NCBI RefSeq assembly: GCF_036507355.1
Contig: NZ_AP027877.1
Source: Escherichia coli
GTDB taxonomy: Bacteria > Pseudomonadota > Gammaproteobacteria > Enterobacterales > Enterobacteriaceae
DNA length: 64,000 nucleotides
Direction: 5' to 3' (one strand)
The position numbers and the translations under genes are program-made. Numbering within the stretch: the stretch's first letter is position 1; every line of letters starts with the position of its first letter. Positions 1 to 9,302 of this stretch are shown in pieces. The notes under the pieces are model-generated. The model ran no database searches and was not told the DNA's origin. It was given only the letters and a program-made list of their open reading frames with translations.

Positions 1-2411
1 TTATCTTTCAGCATCAGCCCCCATTGGCACTGAGTCAGCGCCCGGAGAAATAGTCTGACTAAAATATCATCACTACGTTTGCTTCCGACTTTTAGTTTCA
101 TATCAGAAAACACCGTCCGGCAATAGAGAAAATCACACCAGTCATCCCAGTCAGCCAGGGTCTTCAGTGTATGCGTTTGCCGCCAGTCGTCGAAAAGGGA
201 GCGTTGCTGCAGAGCCTCTTCCATATTATCCCACGGGCGGGAAAACATCAGTAGATGCCCTTCATTCATGGCGGGCCGTACGGGCTGGCGTTTGAAATCG
301 AATTCCAGATTAAGACGGATATCCTGTTCCCGGGATACCAGATCGCTTTCCGAGAGCCACATCTCACGCGTTGATATCAACGTACTTCGGGATAACGTCT
401 GACCGGGTAAACGATTAAGGTAAAGATCTACCATATAGTCGTTATAGTCACTGCGTGGAATATCGGCAGGAGGTTTGACGCCAGCCCTGGCATGAACAAC
501 AGGTTTTCCCTGAATCGCTTTATAGGTTAACTGCCCCCGGGTTTTCATGGCGATAAGCTGGCTGACCTCATGCTTACATGTCAACATTGATGAACCCGGA
601 TCAACAATATCGCACAGCGACTGGAAGCGGGAAGACAGTGGACCGCTCATGTTTATCTTGTCAAGTGGGCAATTTGTCAAAAAACCATCGGTTGTGACGC
701 TGACAACCGATGAATCAGAAGGCAAAGCATTCATGAGTTCCCCGACAACGGCGCGGATAAATCCCGTCACATGCGCAGCAAAGAATGGCTGAGTAACCGA
801 TGATGGTGGGAGGGATCTGTTTAATCCACGGGCAGTATCAAAGGCGGTTTTGGCGCGAAGGCCCTGAGCAAGTTTGCCATAAAGCGAGTTGCCAATTTCT
901 TTCCAGAATTTCTCCTCCAAAGAACCCTTAATATGGCGATTACGGTTCTCACGGACCTGTTGAACAAAGGGAAGAAACACCGATGTTGATTCGCTGTTAT
1001 GTGGGGAGGTGTCACAGATCCAGGGGACGATGATCCCATTATGGATCGTCATCTCTGCCCCGAGCGACAGAGCAAGTTCGATTTCAGGTGCCGTTGCCCA
1101 TGATTCGCCACTTAATGGAAAGAATAACCCATATTGATCGGTCCGAACCGGCAGGCTGGGATAGGGAACTGATTCCGGGAACCGAAATGTGACAAGCGCA
1201 AATCCCATCACATGCCCACAGTAATCGTCCGGATTTTTACTGAGGCGGATGTTTCCGTAATCGGGTATGAGGATATCTAATAGCCCGGTGGTATACGCTC
1301 CAGCCAGATCGTAGTCATACCAGTGATCAGACGGTGTAACCCCCATCATAAAACACTCATTGCGTCCGCCGTGGTAACAGTTGATCGGGAACGTTTCAAA
1401 CAACTCTCTTGAAGGAACACTGGCGGGGTTTTTAATCGTCCGGAATGCCTGTTTCTCCGTGAGCCAGAGTTCACGGGTTTTAATGTGTGTCCCAAGGCAG
1501 ACTTCAGGAGACATATTGTTTTCTTTAAGTGTTTTGGTGAACCGTGAAACTGCCATCGCCCCGATGGTGGCGGGGACACGATCAATCATCAGCTCCCGGG
1601 CGCAAAAATTGCGAACCTGTAAAGCATAACGAACCGCAATCTCGGCATCCCGCAGAGCATAGGCTTCAAACCCTGCTCTGTCGCCCAGAAGATATTCACG
1701 CATATTGGTTATGGAATAAGGTGCAGGAATGGTGAGTTTGGGAAGACCCAGTAATTCACCACATTCAGCCAGACCCATACCCCCGGGAGTGATAAGCAGT
1801 GTATCGATGAAAGCTACGTTACTGCAACGCGGAGGGGAAGTTCGTTTGTCAAACATTATCTGTTCAGTCTTTACGCGACGTTCCTGCTGTTCATCAAAAT
1901 CGATACCGTAACGATTTTTGAAGCTGCTGACAGTACCGCGTATTCCTTTCAGAAGAATTTTGTAGTCTGACCAGAAATTGGCAAAGGAGGCGATATCCGC
2001 ACGAATGAAATGCGCATATATATTAATAATACCGGGCCATTTTGTAATCACACCCGTTTCAAGAAGCGGTGTAATCGTTTGACAGAGAAATTCCTTAAAA
2101 GACAGTCGGGATTTTTTCTGTGAGTCAGGTGGATAGATAATGTTCGATATACCAGTGTTATCGGGTAAGACGACATAACTCTGATATGACAGAATATCAT
2201 TCTGTTGTGTTTCAGGATTGAAAACATATTCGGTATCAAAACCGATATGGAGTGTCAGGTCACTTGAAATAACAGATACTTTTTTTGATGCAGGTGGTAT
2301 CACAGGATAATCATCAAGCGTTTTAGGTCTTTTAAGATTGAGCGCTGGCTCTGAAGTCACGGACTGATACCCCGAGGCGGCAGCGAGGATATCCTGCAAA
2401 TTATGGCTCAT
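1..2411 (-). CDS. Family-B DNA polymerase, piPolB-like (primer-independent PolB); C-terminal part truncated by the window edge
   Basis: Hand translation of the minus strand from ATG at 2411 (MSHNLQDIL...) is open to position 1, about 803 codons. Contains GFDTEYVF (ExoI-like), YDYDLAGAYTTG (motif A-like), KEIGNSLYGKLAQG (motif B), VVSVTTDGF (motif C-like) and AMKTRGQLTY (KTRG). Absent from the ORF track because it has no stop in the window. Confidence 0.8.
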   Translation of the reverse strand, partial: MSHNLQDILAAASGYQSVTSEPALNLKRPKTLDDYPVIPPASKKVSVISSDLTLHIGFDTEYVFNPETQQNDILSYQSYVVLPDNTGISNIIYPPDSQKKSRLSFKEFLCQTITPLLETGVITKWPGIINIYAHFIRADIASFANFWSDYKILLKGIRGTVSSFKNRYGIDFDEQQERRVKTEQIMFDKRTSPPRCSNVAFIDTLLITPGGMGLAECGELLGLPKLTIPAPYSITNMREYLLGDRAGFEAYALRDAEIAVRYALQVRNFCARELMIDRVPATIGAMAVSRFTKTLKENNMSPEVCLGTHIKTRELWLTEKQAFRTIKNPASVPSRELFETFPINCYHGGRNECFMMGVTPSDHWYDYDLAGAYTTGLLDILIPDYGNIRLSKNPDDYCGHVMGFALVTFRFPESVPYPSLPVRTDQYGLFFPLSGESWATAPEIELALSLGAEMTIHNGIIVPWICDTSPHNSESTSVFLPFVQQVRENRNRHIKGSLEEKFWKEIGNSLYGKLAQGLRAKTAFDTARGLNRSLPPSSVTQPFFAAHVTGFIRAVVGELMNALPSDSSVVSVTTDGFLTNCPLDKINMSGPLSSRFQSLCDIVDPGSSMLTCKHEVSQLIAMKTRGQLTYKAIQGKPVVHARAGVKPPADIPRSDYNDYMVDLYLNRLPGQTLSRSTLISTREMWLSESDLVSREQDIRLNLEFDFKRQPVRPAMNEGHLLMFSRPWDNMEEALQQRSLFDDWRQTHTLKTLADWDDWCDFLYCRTVFSDMKLKVGSKRSDDILVRLFLRALTQCQWGLMLKD

Positions 2412-2457
2412 AGTTAACTCCGAAAAAATGCCGGGAGCTGTGTCCCGGCATAAAGAA

Positions 2458-3096
2458 TCAAGATTTAATAACATTTACTACAGATTTGAAAATATCGGTT
2501 TTGCGTGATTCATCATCTACATGGATAAAGGAAACGAGTTTCCTGCCTGCTTTAATCAGGATACCGCGTTGCGTCTTTTCCACAGACGGGGTAACGTGTG
2601 CAGATAACAGACAATGTTCATGTAAATGAAGAAACTTTTTTGAGGCGTAGCCGCCATGTAATCGGGCTTGAATGTCAAGATACATATCATCAAGAGAACC
2701 GGGTTCTCCTGATTCACTCAATACCGGATAACCCTTCTTATCAAAGAGGTTAAGGATAGATTTACTATCATGTTCGAACAGGGTAACACCGTAAATGTAT
2801 TTCATTCGAAAGGTGAGGGAATCGGTGGTGTAGACCTCCTCCTGACGATTGAAATTTTTGAGACGCCTGGCTAATTCATTAAAAACAGCACGAGCAGTAG
2901 CCGTGTCCTGCAGGGTGTAGGTATAAAGTACGAAGCCATCTGTGCCGATGAGCTTTACTAAGTTGTCCATAATCGTGATAGCGAGAACTAATGCAAAGGA
3001 TAGATATTTTTCATCGTTGTCTACAGCTGTGTTTGCTGCTTCAGGAAGAATGTTCAGTGCATTATTAGCATTATTTGCTGTGTTCTTAGTAACCAT
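2458..3096 (-). CDS. Hypothetical protein, 212 aa, between the Xis-like gene and piPolB
   Basis: ORF track; start overlaps the stop of the upstream Xis-like gene by 11 nt; same strand as piPolB; no recognisable motif. Confidence 0.55.
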   Translation of the reverse strand: MVTKNTANNANNALNILPEAANTAVDNDEKYLSFALVLAITIMDNLVKLIGTDGFVLYTYTLQDTATARAVFNELARRLKNFNRQEEVYTTDSLTFRMKYIYGVTLFEHDSKSILNLFDKKGYPVLSESGEPGSLDDMYLDIQARLHGGYASKKFLHLHEHCLLSAHVTPSVEKTQRGILIKAGRKLVSFIHVDDESRKTDIFKSVVNVIKS

Positions 3097-3286
3097 TTAT
3101 ATCACCTTTAAGTTTGTTTTGACGATGTGCATTTTCCCACTCAACAATATCATCAAGAGAGAATCGTATAGCCCGCCCAATTCTGATGAAGGGCGGGAGT
3201 TTTCCGGGGTTGCGCGATATATCTGACGCAACCGTGGATGCAGAAAGATTAAATCTTTCTGCGAACTGCTTAATGGTTAAATACAT
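3086..3286 (-). CDS. AlpA/Xis-like helix-turn-helix excisionase or regulator, 66 aa
   Basis: Small basic protein MYLTIKQFAERF...RIGRAIRFSLDDIVEW typical of AlpA/Xis-family HTH proteins; sits immediately downstream of the integrase on the same strand. Confidence 0.6.
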   Translation of the reverse strand: MYLTIKQFAERFNLSASTVASDISRNPGKLPPFIRIGRAIRFSLDDIVEWENAHRQNKLKGDINGY

Positions 3287-3436
3287 AAACCTCCGGTTTC
3301 AGAGAATAAGAAGCCACGCGGATTTAATATCAATCCACATTCTGTGATGACTTAATGCAGGGCCCTGCAGAAGCATGCAATGACAATACCGTCCTTAAAC
3401 GAGTGTTGCATCAATCACGAATCACAGATCATAGGT

Positions 3437-4564
3437 TCATTTTGTGTCATAACTTTCTATGACCTGAGAAACCACTGCGTGTGATGTCGCTGCATTGTGA
3501 AAAGCGTAGCGACGGGTCGCCGTGAGTGAATGGTGATTTAGCAGATGGGAAGCGATTGCAATATCCCCGGTCGCCTGTAGTACCCGGGTGGCAAAGGTAC
3601 GGCGCAGGTCATGCATCCGCAGGTTATCAATGTTGGCATCCCGACAAATACGGGCAAAGGTTGCACGCGGATATGCCAGAGGGCGGGCATTGTCGGTTAG
3701 TTGTGGAAAAATGTAAGTTTTGCTGAGCATCAGGTCCTGCTGGCACTGGACAACTGCAATGGCTGGAAGTGCAAGTGGGCAGGTGAAAGGGTGTCCGGAC
3801 TTTGTATCAGGCAGTATGAGTTGATGCATATCCGGGTGCCAGTACTCCCATTTCAGGGTACATACCTCACCAATACGCATCCCCGTATAAAGAGCAAGCA
3901 ATATAGAATCAGCTGCCGGTGTTTGCAGCGCTGTTGCTGCGTTAATAAAGCGCGGGATTTCTGTCGCTGACAGTGTGCGATAGCGAATGTTATTTTCTTT
4001 CAGATAGCGGACATGTGACATCGGGGAATGTGTGATCCATCCAGCACGTACTGCCAGAGAGCATATTTTGGACAATATTGCGAGGATACGGTTTACTGTT
4101 GACGGACGTAATTTTTCCCGTAAGCCAGCAGCATATTGTTCTAGTTCTCCTGCCGTGATGTCGCGAAGTTGCCGCTTGCCCCAGAACGGGCGAACGTAGA
4201 GGTTGAGTTTTGACAACTCTGACTGAGGACTCTTTTTATACAACTGCAAATCCGGTAGCCACAGGTCATTGATGGCCTGTTCCACAGTGAATCGACGGGA
4301 CTGAACAGCAAGGCGATTTTTATCGGCAAGCAGGTTCATCACATGCTGACGGGCATCCTCAATGCAGAGATGAGGGAATTCACCCAGTGTTTCATATATA
4401 CGTTGATTTTTGATGGTGGCGCGAAAGGCCAGCGTGATCCGTTTTGGATATACCAGTGCACGCAGGTTTTGGCACTGAATATCACGGTATTCCTGACAAC
4501 CCGTGAGGGGATGTGGAAGTTGGTGAATTGATTTGTTGCTGAAACGCAGATCCAGAATAGGCAT
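3437..4564 (-). CDS. Tyrosine recombinase / phage-type integrase, 375 aa
   Basis: C-terminal catalytic signature: TGMRIGEV (Arg), MHDLRRTFATR (HxxR), LLNHHSLTATRRYAFH (catalytic Tyr). Confidence 0.9.
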   Translation of the reverse strand: MPILDLRFSNKSIHQLPHPLTGCQEYRDIQCQNLRALVYPKRITLAFRATIKNQRIYETLGEFPHLCIEDARQHVMNLLADKNRLAVQSRRFTVEQAINDLWLPDLQLYKKSPQSELSKLNLYVRPFWGKRQLRDITAGELEQYAAGLREKLRPSTVNRILAILSKICSLAVRAGWITHSPMSHVRYLKENNIRYRTLSATEIPRFINAATALQTPAADSILLALYTGMRIGEVCTLKWEYWHPDMHQLILPDTKSGHPFTCPLALPAIAVVQCQQDLMLSKTYIFPQLTDNARPLAYPRATFARICRDANIDNLRMHDLRRTFATRVLQATGDIAIASHLLNHHSLTATRRYAFHNAATSHAVVSQVIESYDTK

Positions 4565-4663
4565 CGTATTTCTCCTGTAAATGACACTGGAAAAATACGA
4601 TGTGAGGTTATAGTCTGCCAGTTACAGCTTTCACAGTTCATCAGGTGAAAAATGCTGATTCGG

Positions 4664-4699
4664 ATATAATGGCAACACAATTCCATGTCGCCATTATAT
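4664..4699. promoter_or_regulatory. Imperfect inverted repeat (ATAATGGCAAC ... GTCGCCATTAT) between ORF 4707-5837 and the integrase start
   Basis: Read directly from the sequence; could be a terminator for the upstream ORF or an operator in the integrase leader. Confidence 0.35.
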
Positions 4700-4706
4700 T
4701 AAGAAA

Positions 4707-5837
4707 CTACAGTTTCATGATCTTGTTCGCTATTTTTTCGAAGTAAACCTCATTCTTAAGAAGAGTGATATTGTTAGTTTGAACACCCAGACCACTGGAG
4801 GTTGACTGGAAGTTGAGTGAACCACTTATCACGGTGGACTTTCCTGATAAAAATGAAATCAACTCCTTGGAAGATGGTGCCCACTCAGGGTTTAAGAGTA
4901 ATGCAATGTAGATATATGTCTTACGAAGCAATTGTTCGATATCTTTTTTATACCCCGTAGTGTTTTGCTTACCTTTAATGCAAATTGATTTGATTATGAA
5001 CTCATCAGGGCTGGTTAAAGGCGTTTTAAACTTATTCAGTGATCCATCGTTATGAATGACTTCATAAGGCAGCATAGATAAAATGATCAATGCAATCATT
5101 TTAGGATGATAAAGGTAGTTATCACGAATGATTTTTCCTGCCTTCATTGTATTGAGTGTTGTTTGAATAAATACAAAAAGATATTCAGAGCAAAAGTAAC
5201 AAAACACAAGCCAGGATAGGTCAATGGCTGGAATGTTAATATCCTTAGGTAGTTTGTTTAGCCAGTATTCAGACTTCAAAAAGGTCCTGATTTCAACAGT
5301 ATATTCATGCATTTTTGCGCTGAAATCAAGCATTGCTACTTGACCTGATTGTTCCGTAACTGTGTGGTCTATAAATGTTAGTGTATTGCACATTTTATCC
5401 AGCGTGTTTTGAAAACAAGAAAGGAGTTCGGCATTATTATTACCATTAACCGCAGATGAAAGTTCAGTTGCAATAAATGCATCCAGTAGCATACAGATTT
5501 TTTTCGGAATGACATTTTTACGGGATTGCTGTGAATAGAAATATACTGCCAGTAAATTAAAGGCAGTGCACTCCTTTTTTAACCATTGTTCGAGCACTGG
5601 GACGTGCTGAAAAAAATTGATATGCTTAGCAGTAGATGCTGATGGAGATAGTACATGAAGAATATCTACAGCAGGCTTCATTTGCAATATTTGATCGGAT
5701 TCGGTAGTCGTCATTAGTTCCAGTAATTGCTGTTCAGAAAATAGTTTAGACAGGTGATCAATGTCTTTTTGGTATTGGTTAAGTTTTTTTAAATTCCCCG
5801 GTACACGGGTTACATTGTTTTTCATTTTCTCGAACAT
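4707..5837 (-). CDS. Hypothetical protein, 376 aa, AT-rich, no recognisable domain
   Basis: Long ORF in the track; low-GC codon usage; no Walker A, HEXXH or nuclease motif seen. Confidence 0.6.
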   Translation of the reverse strand: MFEKMKNNVTRVPGNLKKLNQYQKDIDHLSKLFSEQQLLELMTTTESDQILQMKPAVDILHVLSPSASTAKHINFFQHVPVLEQWLKKECTAFNLLAVYFYSQQSRKNVIPKKICMLLDAFIATELSSAVNGNNNAELLSCFQNTLDKMCNTLTFIDHTVTEQSGQVAMLDFSAKMHEYTVEIRTFLKSEYWLNKLPKDINIPAIDLSWLVFCYFCSEYLFVFIQTTLNTMKAGKIIRDNYLYHPKMIALIILSMLPYEVIHNDGSLNKFKTPLTSPDEFIIKSICIKGKQNTTGYKKDIEQLLRKTYIYIALLLNPEWAPSSKELISFLSGKSTVISGSLNFQSTSSGLGVQTNNITLLKNEVYFEKIANKIMKL

Positions 5838-6239
5838 AATTTTATCCTCGTTTGAATTAATACACTGATTTAAAAAGTAGCATGTCGTGTTAGCGAGGTA
5901 ATCCTAAAACGTGAATGGGATCAGGGGCAAGCTTGAATCTGCGTAAGGATATGGCTTAAATTTAATGGTGTAATTAGTGGATTAGAGGCTTATAGCTATT
6001 TAAATACAATAAGTTATGACGGTGTGTGGCGGGTGTAAATCGGTTAGTTTTTATGGTTAAAATATGAGCGCTATGAGGTTTCAGAGATGGTGGTGTTTAA
6101 ATTACATAAAACCAAGGCCTGATAATCAGTATCAATACCGGAACGATGTCATATGATTAACACTGTCTATGGCATTGATAATGATCTATGCAAGGCTGAA
6201 ATTAGCTCTGCTTCACGATGATATAGTGTTCTATAAAGA

Positions 6240-7475
6240 TTAAAAGGAAATAAACAGAGCCTTTCGCCGATGAATCAATGTGCTGATTTCCCTCAAATCA
6301 GCCTCAATACTACCAACATCACCAAAGACTTCACCTCTAATCTCACTTCGATTTTTCATGAAATTGGTGCTTAATAAGCTTTCTTTTTTTAATGCCATTA
6401 ATTTTGGTTTTATATCGTTATAGAAATGCTTACGGCTTACCCTGATGCTATGAATCGAGTAGTAAACTGTTTTATACATCAAAAATATAAGTAACTGGCC
6501 GAGAAGATATTCTTTTTCAATGTATTTATATTGAGAGGATTTTTCGCGTTTCGCCAGGTAGAAAACATGAGGTGCGATGATGGTGGGGATAAAATCCAGT
6601 GCTGGAGAGGTTTTGGTTTTTTCTGTTTCTCTTCCGGATTGAAGATGTTGAAGTACAGAGTATACAATGCTTAAAATTATGGCGTTACTTATATTATTAA
6701 TTGCAGTTGGGTAAATATGCAGATTGCTTATCAATTCTGAAAGGCAAAGTAAAACACCAGTGATGTTGGGTTTTCTGCCGGAGATTGTGGTGCTGTTGAA
6801 AATGTGACGATTCTTACGACTTATATTGACAAGTTTATGAGTGCAGAACTCTATATGTTCGACGATTTTATCTTGACTATTTTTAATGTATTTTGAAATG
6901 TTAGTGATCCGGCCATTCAACGTTAGTTCATCAAGCAATATATCATTTTTAATATTGCGAATTTCATCGCAATGTTCACATTGAGAAACTATCTCATGTA
7001 ATACATAACTCGAAGTATTGCGTGACGATGCTGATATGTAATCTAAAATGGAATGCTCGACTTTGATTTTTTGTTTGTATTTTTTAATGCACTGTTTGAT
7101 TGTTTTTTGTAGAGTATTTGAGATGTGTTTTTTATATTCTTTTAGAAAATCTTGCTCTAAAAAGAGTGAGGAGAAGATCAACTGCTGGCGAGATAATTTA
7201 ATCTCAGGCTTGATCAATTTAATCCGAAAAACTCTTCCCTCCAACTCATAGCTGAACATGGAAGATAAGTCATAGTGGGGTGATAAATGTTCGAGTAACG
7301 ACATTCGTGTATTCATTAGCCGCTTGAATTTATGGTCAGCATACATAAGTGTTTTTTTTATTTGCTCATCATAAAGTGGGCCGATAGCGCAGTTGGCAAT
7401 ACTCATTCTATCCGGAGACCTCCAGTCAGCAGGGGAATCACATTGACGGTCATCATTACTATCAAAGGGCATCAA
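6240..7475 (-). CDS. Hypothetical protein, 411 aa, AT-rich, no recognisable domain; has hydrophobic segments
   Basis: Long ORF in the track; divergent from hsdM across a ~300-bp intergenic region. Confidence 0.6.
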   Translation of the reverse strand: MMPFDSNDDRQCDSPADWRSPDRMSIANCAIGPLYDEQIKKTLMYADHKFKRLMNTRMSLLEHLSPHYDLSSMFSYELEGRVFRIKLIKPEIKLSRQQLIFSSLFLEQDFLKEYKKHISNTLQKTIKQCIKKYKQKIKVEHSILDYISASSRNTSSYVLHEIVSQCEHCDEIRNIKNDILLDELTLNGRITNISKYIKNSQDKIVEHIEFCTHKLVNISRKNRHIFNSTTISGRKPNITGVLLCLSELISNLHIYPTAINNISNAIILSIVYSVLQHLQSGRETEKTKTSPALDFIPTIIAPHVFYLAKREKSSQYKYIEKEYLLGQLLIFLMYKTVYYSIHSIRVSRKHFYNDIKPKLMALKKESLLSTNFMKNRSEIRGEVFGDVGSIEADLREISTLIHRRKALFISF

Positions 7476-7778
7476 CGTTGCCGATTATGGATGATGTCAG
7501 CTTCACACACCAGTACGGGTGATATATGGATCATCATTACCCCAACGGCAGTTTTACACCATGGCTAATATGGATGCTATCTTACTAAGATAATTGGTTT
7601 TTAGCGAGTGACGAGCCAGGTTGTGTCAGTCTGTCTCATGTCGATATTACGGGGATGATGCAAACCTGAATGCTGCGATATTGGCGTGTCAGGGGAGGCA
7701 TCTTACGGTATCATTTACCGCAATTTTTAAGATGCAAAGCCCTGCATCGCTAGCTTTTTCTTCAGACCAGGATGATTC

Positions 7779-9302
7779 ATGAACGACAAAATCAGTCAGG
7801 ACACGATCAACAAAGCCCTGTGGGCCGCGTGTGATACGTTCCGTGGCACCATCAGTGCTGATACCTATAAAGACTTTATCCTTACCATGCTGTTCCTCAA
7901 GTACATTTCAGATGTCTGGCAGGATCACTACGACGAATATAAAGTGCAATATGGCGATGCGCCGGAACTGATTGAAGCGATGATGGCGAACGAGCGCTTC
8001 GTGTTGCCGAAAAGCGCCAGTTTCTATGCGTTGTACGAGCGACGTCATGAGCCGGGCAACGGTGAGCGTATCGATCAGGCGCTGCATGCGATTGAAGAAG
8101 CCAACGGCACCAAACTGAAAGATGCCGGGAAAAGTGTCTTCCAGGATATTTCGTTTAACACTGACCGTCTGGGCGAAGAAAAACAGAAGAACACCATCCT
8201 GCGTCAGTTGCTGGAAGACTTTGCCGGTGAAGATCTTAACCTGAAGCCAAGCCGTGTCGGTACGCTGGACGTTATCGGTAATGCTTACGAATATCTGATC
8301 AAAAACTTTGCTGCCAGCGGTGGGCAGAAAGCCGGGGAATTCTATACCCCGCCGGAAGTTTCGGACCTGATTGCTGAACTGCTCGATCCGCAACCGGGTG
8401 ATACCATCTGCGATCCGGCCTGTGGTTCGGGTTCATTGTTGATGAAGTGTGGGCGTAAAATTGTCTCCGGGCATGATAGTCGTAACTATGCATTGTTCGG
8501 TCAGGAAGCGATCGGTTCTACGTGGTCGCTGGCGAAAATGAATATGTTCCTGCACGGGGAAGACAACCATAAAATCGAGTGGGGCGATACCATTCGTAAC
8601 CCGAAGCTGCTCGATAAAAATGGCGACCTGATGCTGTTTGATATCGTGACCGCTAACCCACCGTTCAGCCTCGATAAGTGGGGCCATGACGAGGCCGAGA
8701 ACGATAAGTTTGGCCGTTTTCGTCGCGGTGTACCGCCGAAGACTAAAGGAGATTACGCTTTTATCTCGCATATGATCGAAACCCTGAAACCGGGAACTGG
8801 CCGTATGGGCGTAGTTGTGCCACACGGTGTGCTTTTCCGTGGCTCCAGCGAAGGTAAAATTCGCCAGAAACTGATCGACGAAAATTTGCTGGATGCGGTA
8901 ATTGGTCTGCCGGAAAAACTGTTCTACGGTACGGGGATTCCGGCTGCGATTCTGATTTTTAAAAAGCAGAAAGTTGATGACAAGGTGCTGTTTATCGATG
9001 CCAGCCGTGAATTCAAGGCAGGTAAAAACCAGAACCAGCTTAGCGAAGAAAACATTAAGAAAATCGTCAAGACCTACCGTGATGGCGATAACGTCGAGAA
9101 ATACGCCTATCTTGCCAGCCTGAAGGAAATTCAGGACAACGACTATAATCTCAATATCCCGCGCTATGTCGATACCTTTGAAGAAGAGGATGAGATTGAC
9201 CTGCTGGCGGTGCGAGCAGAACGCGAGCAACTGAAGGCGGAATTGGCGAAGCTGGAAACGGAGATGGCTGGATATTTGAAGGAGTTGGGTTATGGCTCGT
9301 GA
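7779..9302 (+). CDS. hsdM: Type I restriction-modification system, DNA methyltransferase subunit M
   Basis: 507 aa; N6-adenine MTase motifs including DIVTANPPF and the AdoMet-binding region DPACGSGSLL. Confidence 0.95.
   Translation: MNDKISQDTINKALWAACDTFRGTISADTYKDFILTMLFLKYISDVWQDHYDEYKVQYGDAPELIEAMMANERFVLPKSASFYALYERRHEPGNGERIDQALHAIEEANGTKLKDAGKSVFQDISFNTDRLGEEKQKNTILRQLLEDFAGEDLNLKPSRVGTLDVIGNAYEYLIKNFAASGGQKAGEFYTPPEVSDLIAELLDPQPGDTICDPACGSGSLLMKCGRKIVSGHDSRNYALFGQEAIGSTWSLAKMNMFLHGEDNHKIEWGDTIRNPKLLDKNGDLMLFDIVTANPPFSLDKWGHDEAENDKFGRFRRGVPPKTKGDYAFISHMIETLKPGTGRMGVVVPHGVLFRGSSEGKIRQKLIDENLLDAVIGLPEKLFYGTGIPAAILIFKKQKVDDKVLFIDASREFKAGKNQNQLSEENIKKIVKTYRDGDNVEKYAYLASLKEIQDNDYNLNIPRYVDTFEEEDEIDLLAVRAEREQLKAELAKLETEMAGYLKELGYGS

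Noticed and set aside
3526-4686. Small ORFs overlapping the integrase (3526-3726, 3701-3970, 4141-4329, 4339-4686, 4343-4531)
   Set aside because: All overlap the well-supported integrase gene or its leader and lack independent support.
8433-9230. 265-aa minus-strand ORF antisense to hsdM, plus the 161-aa ORF at 7908-8393
   Set aside because: Both overlap hsdM, which has clear MTase motifs; GC-rich genes often give open antisense frames.
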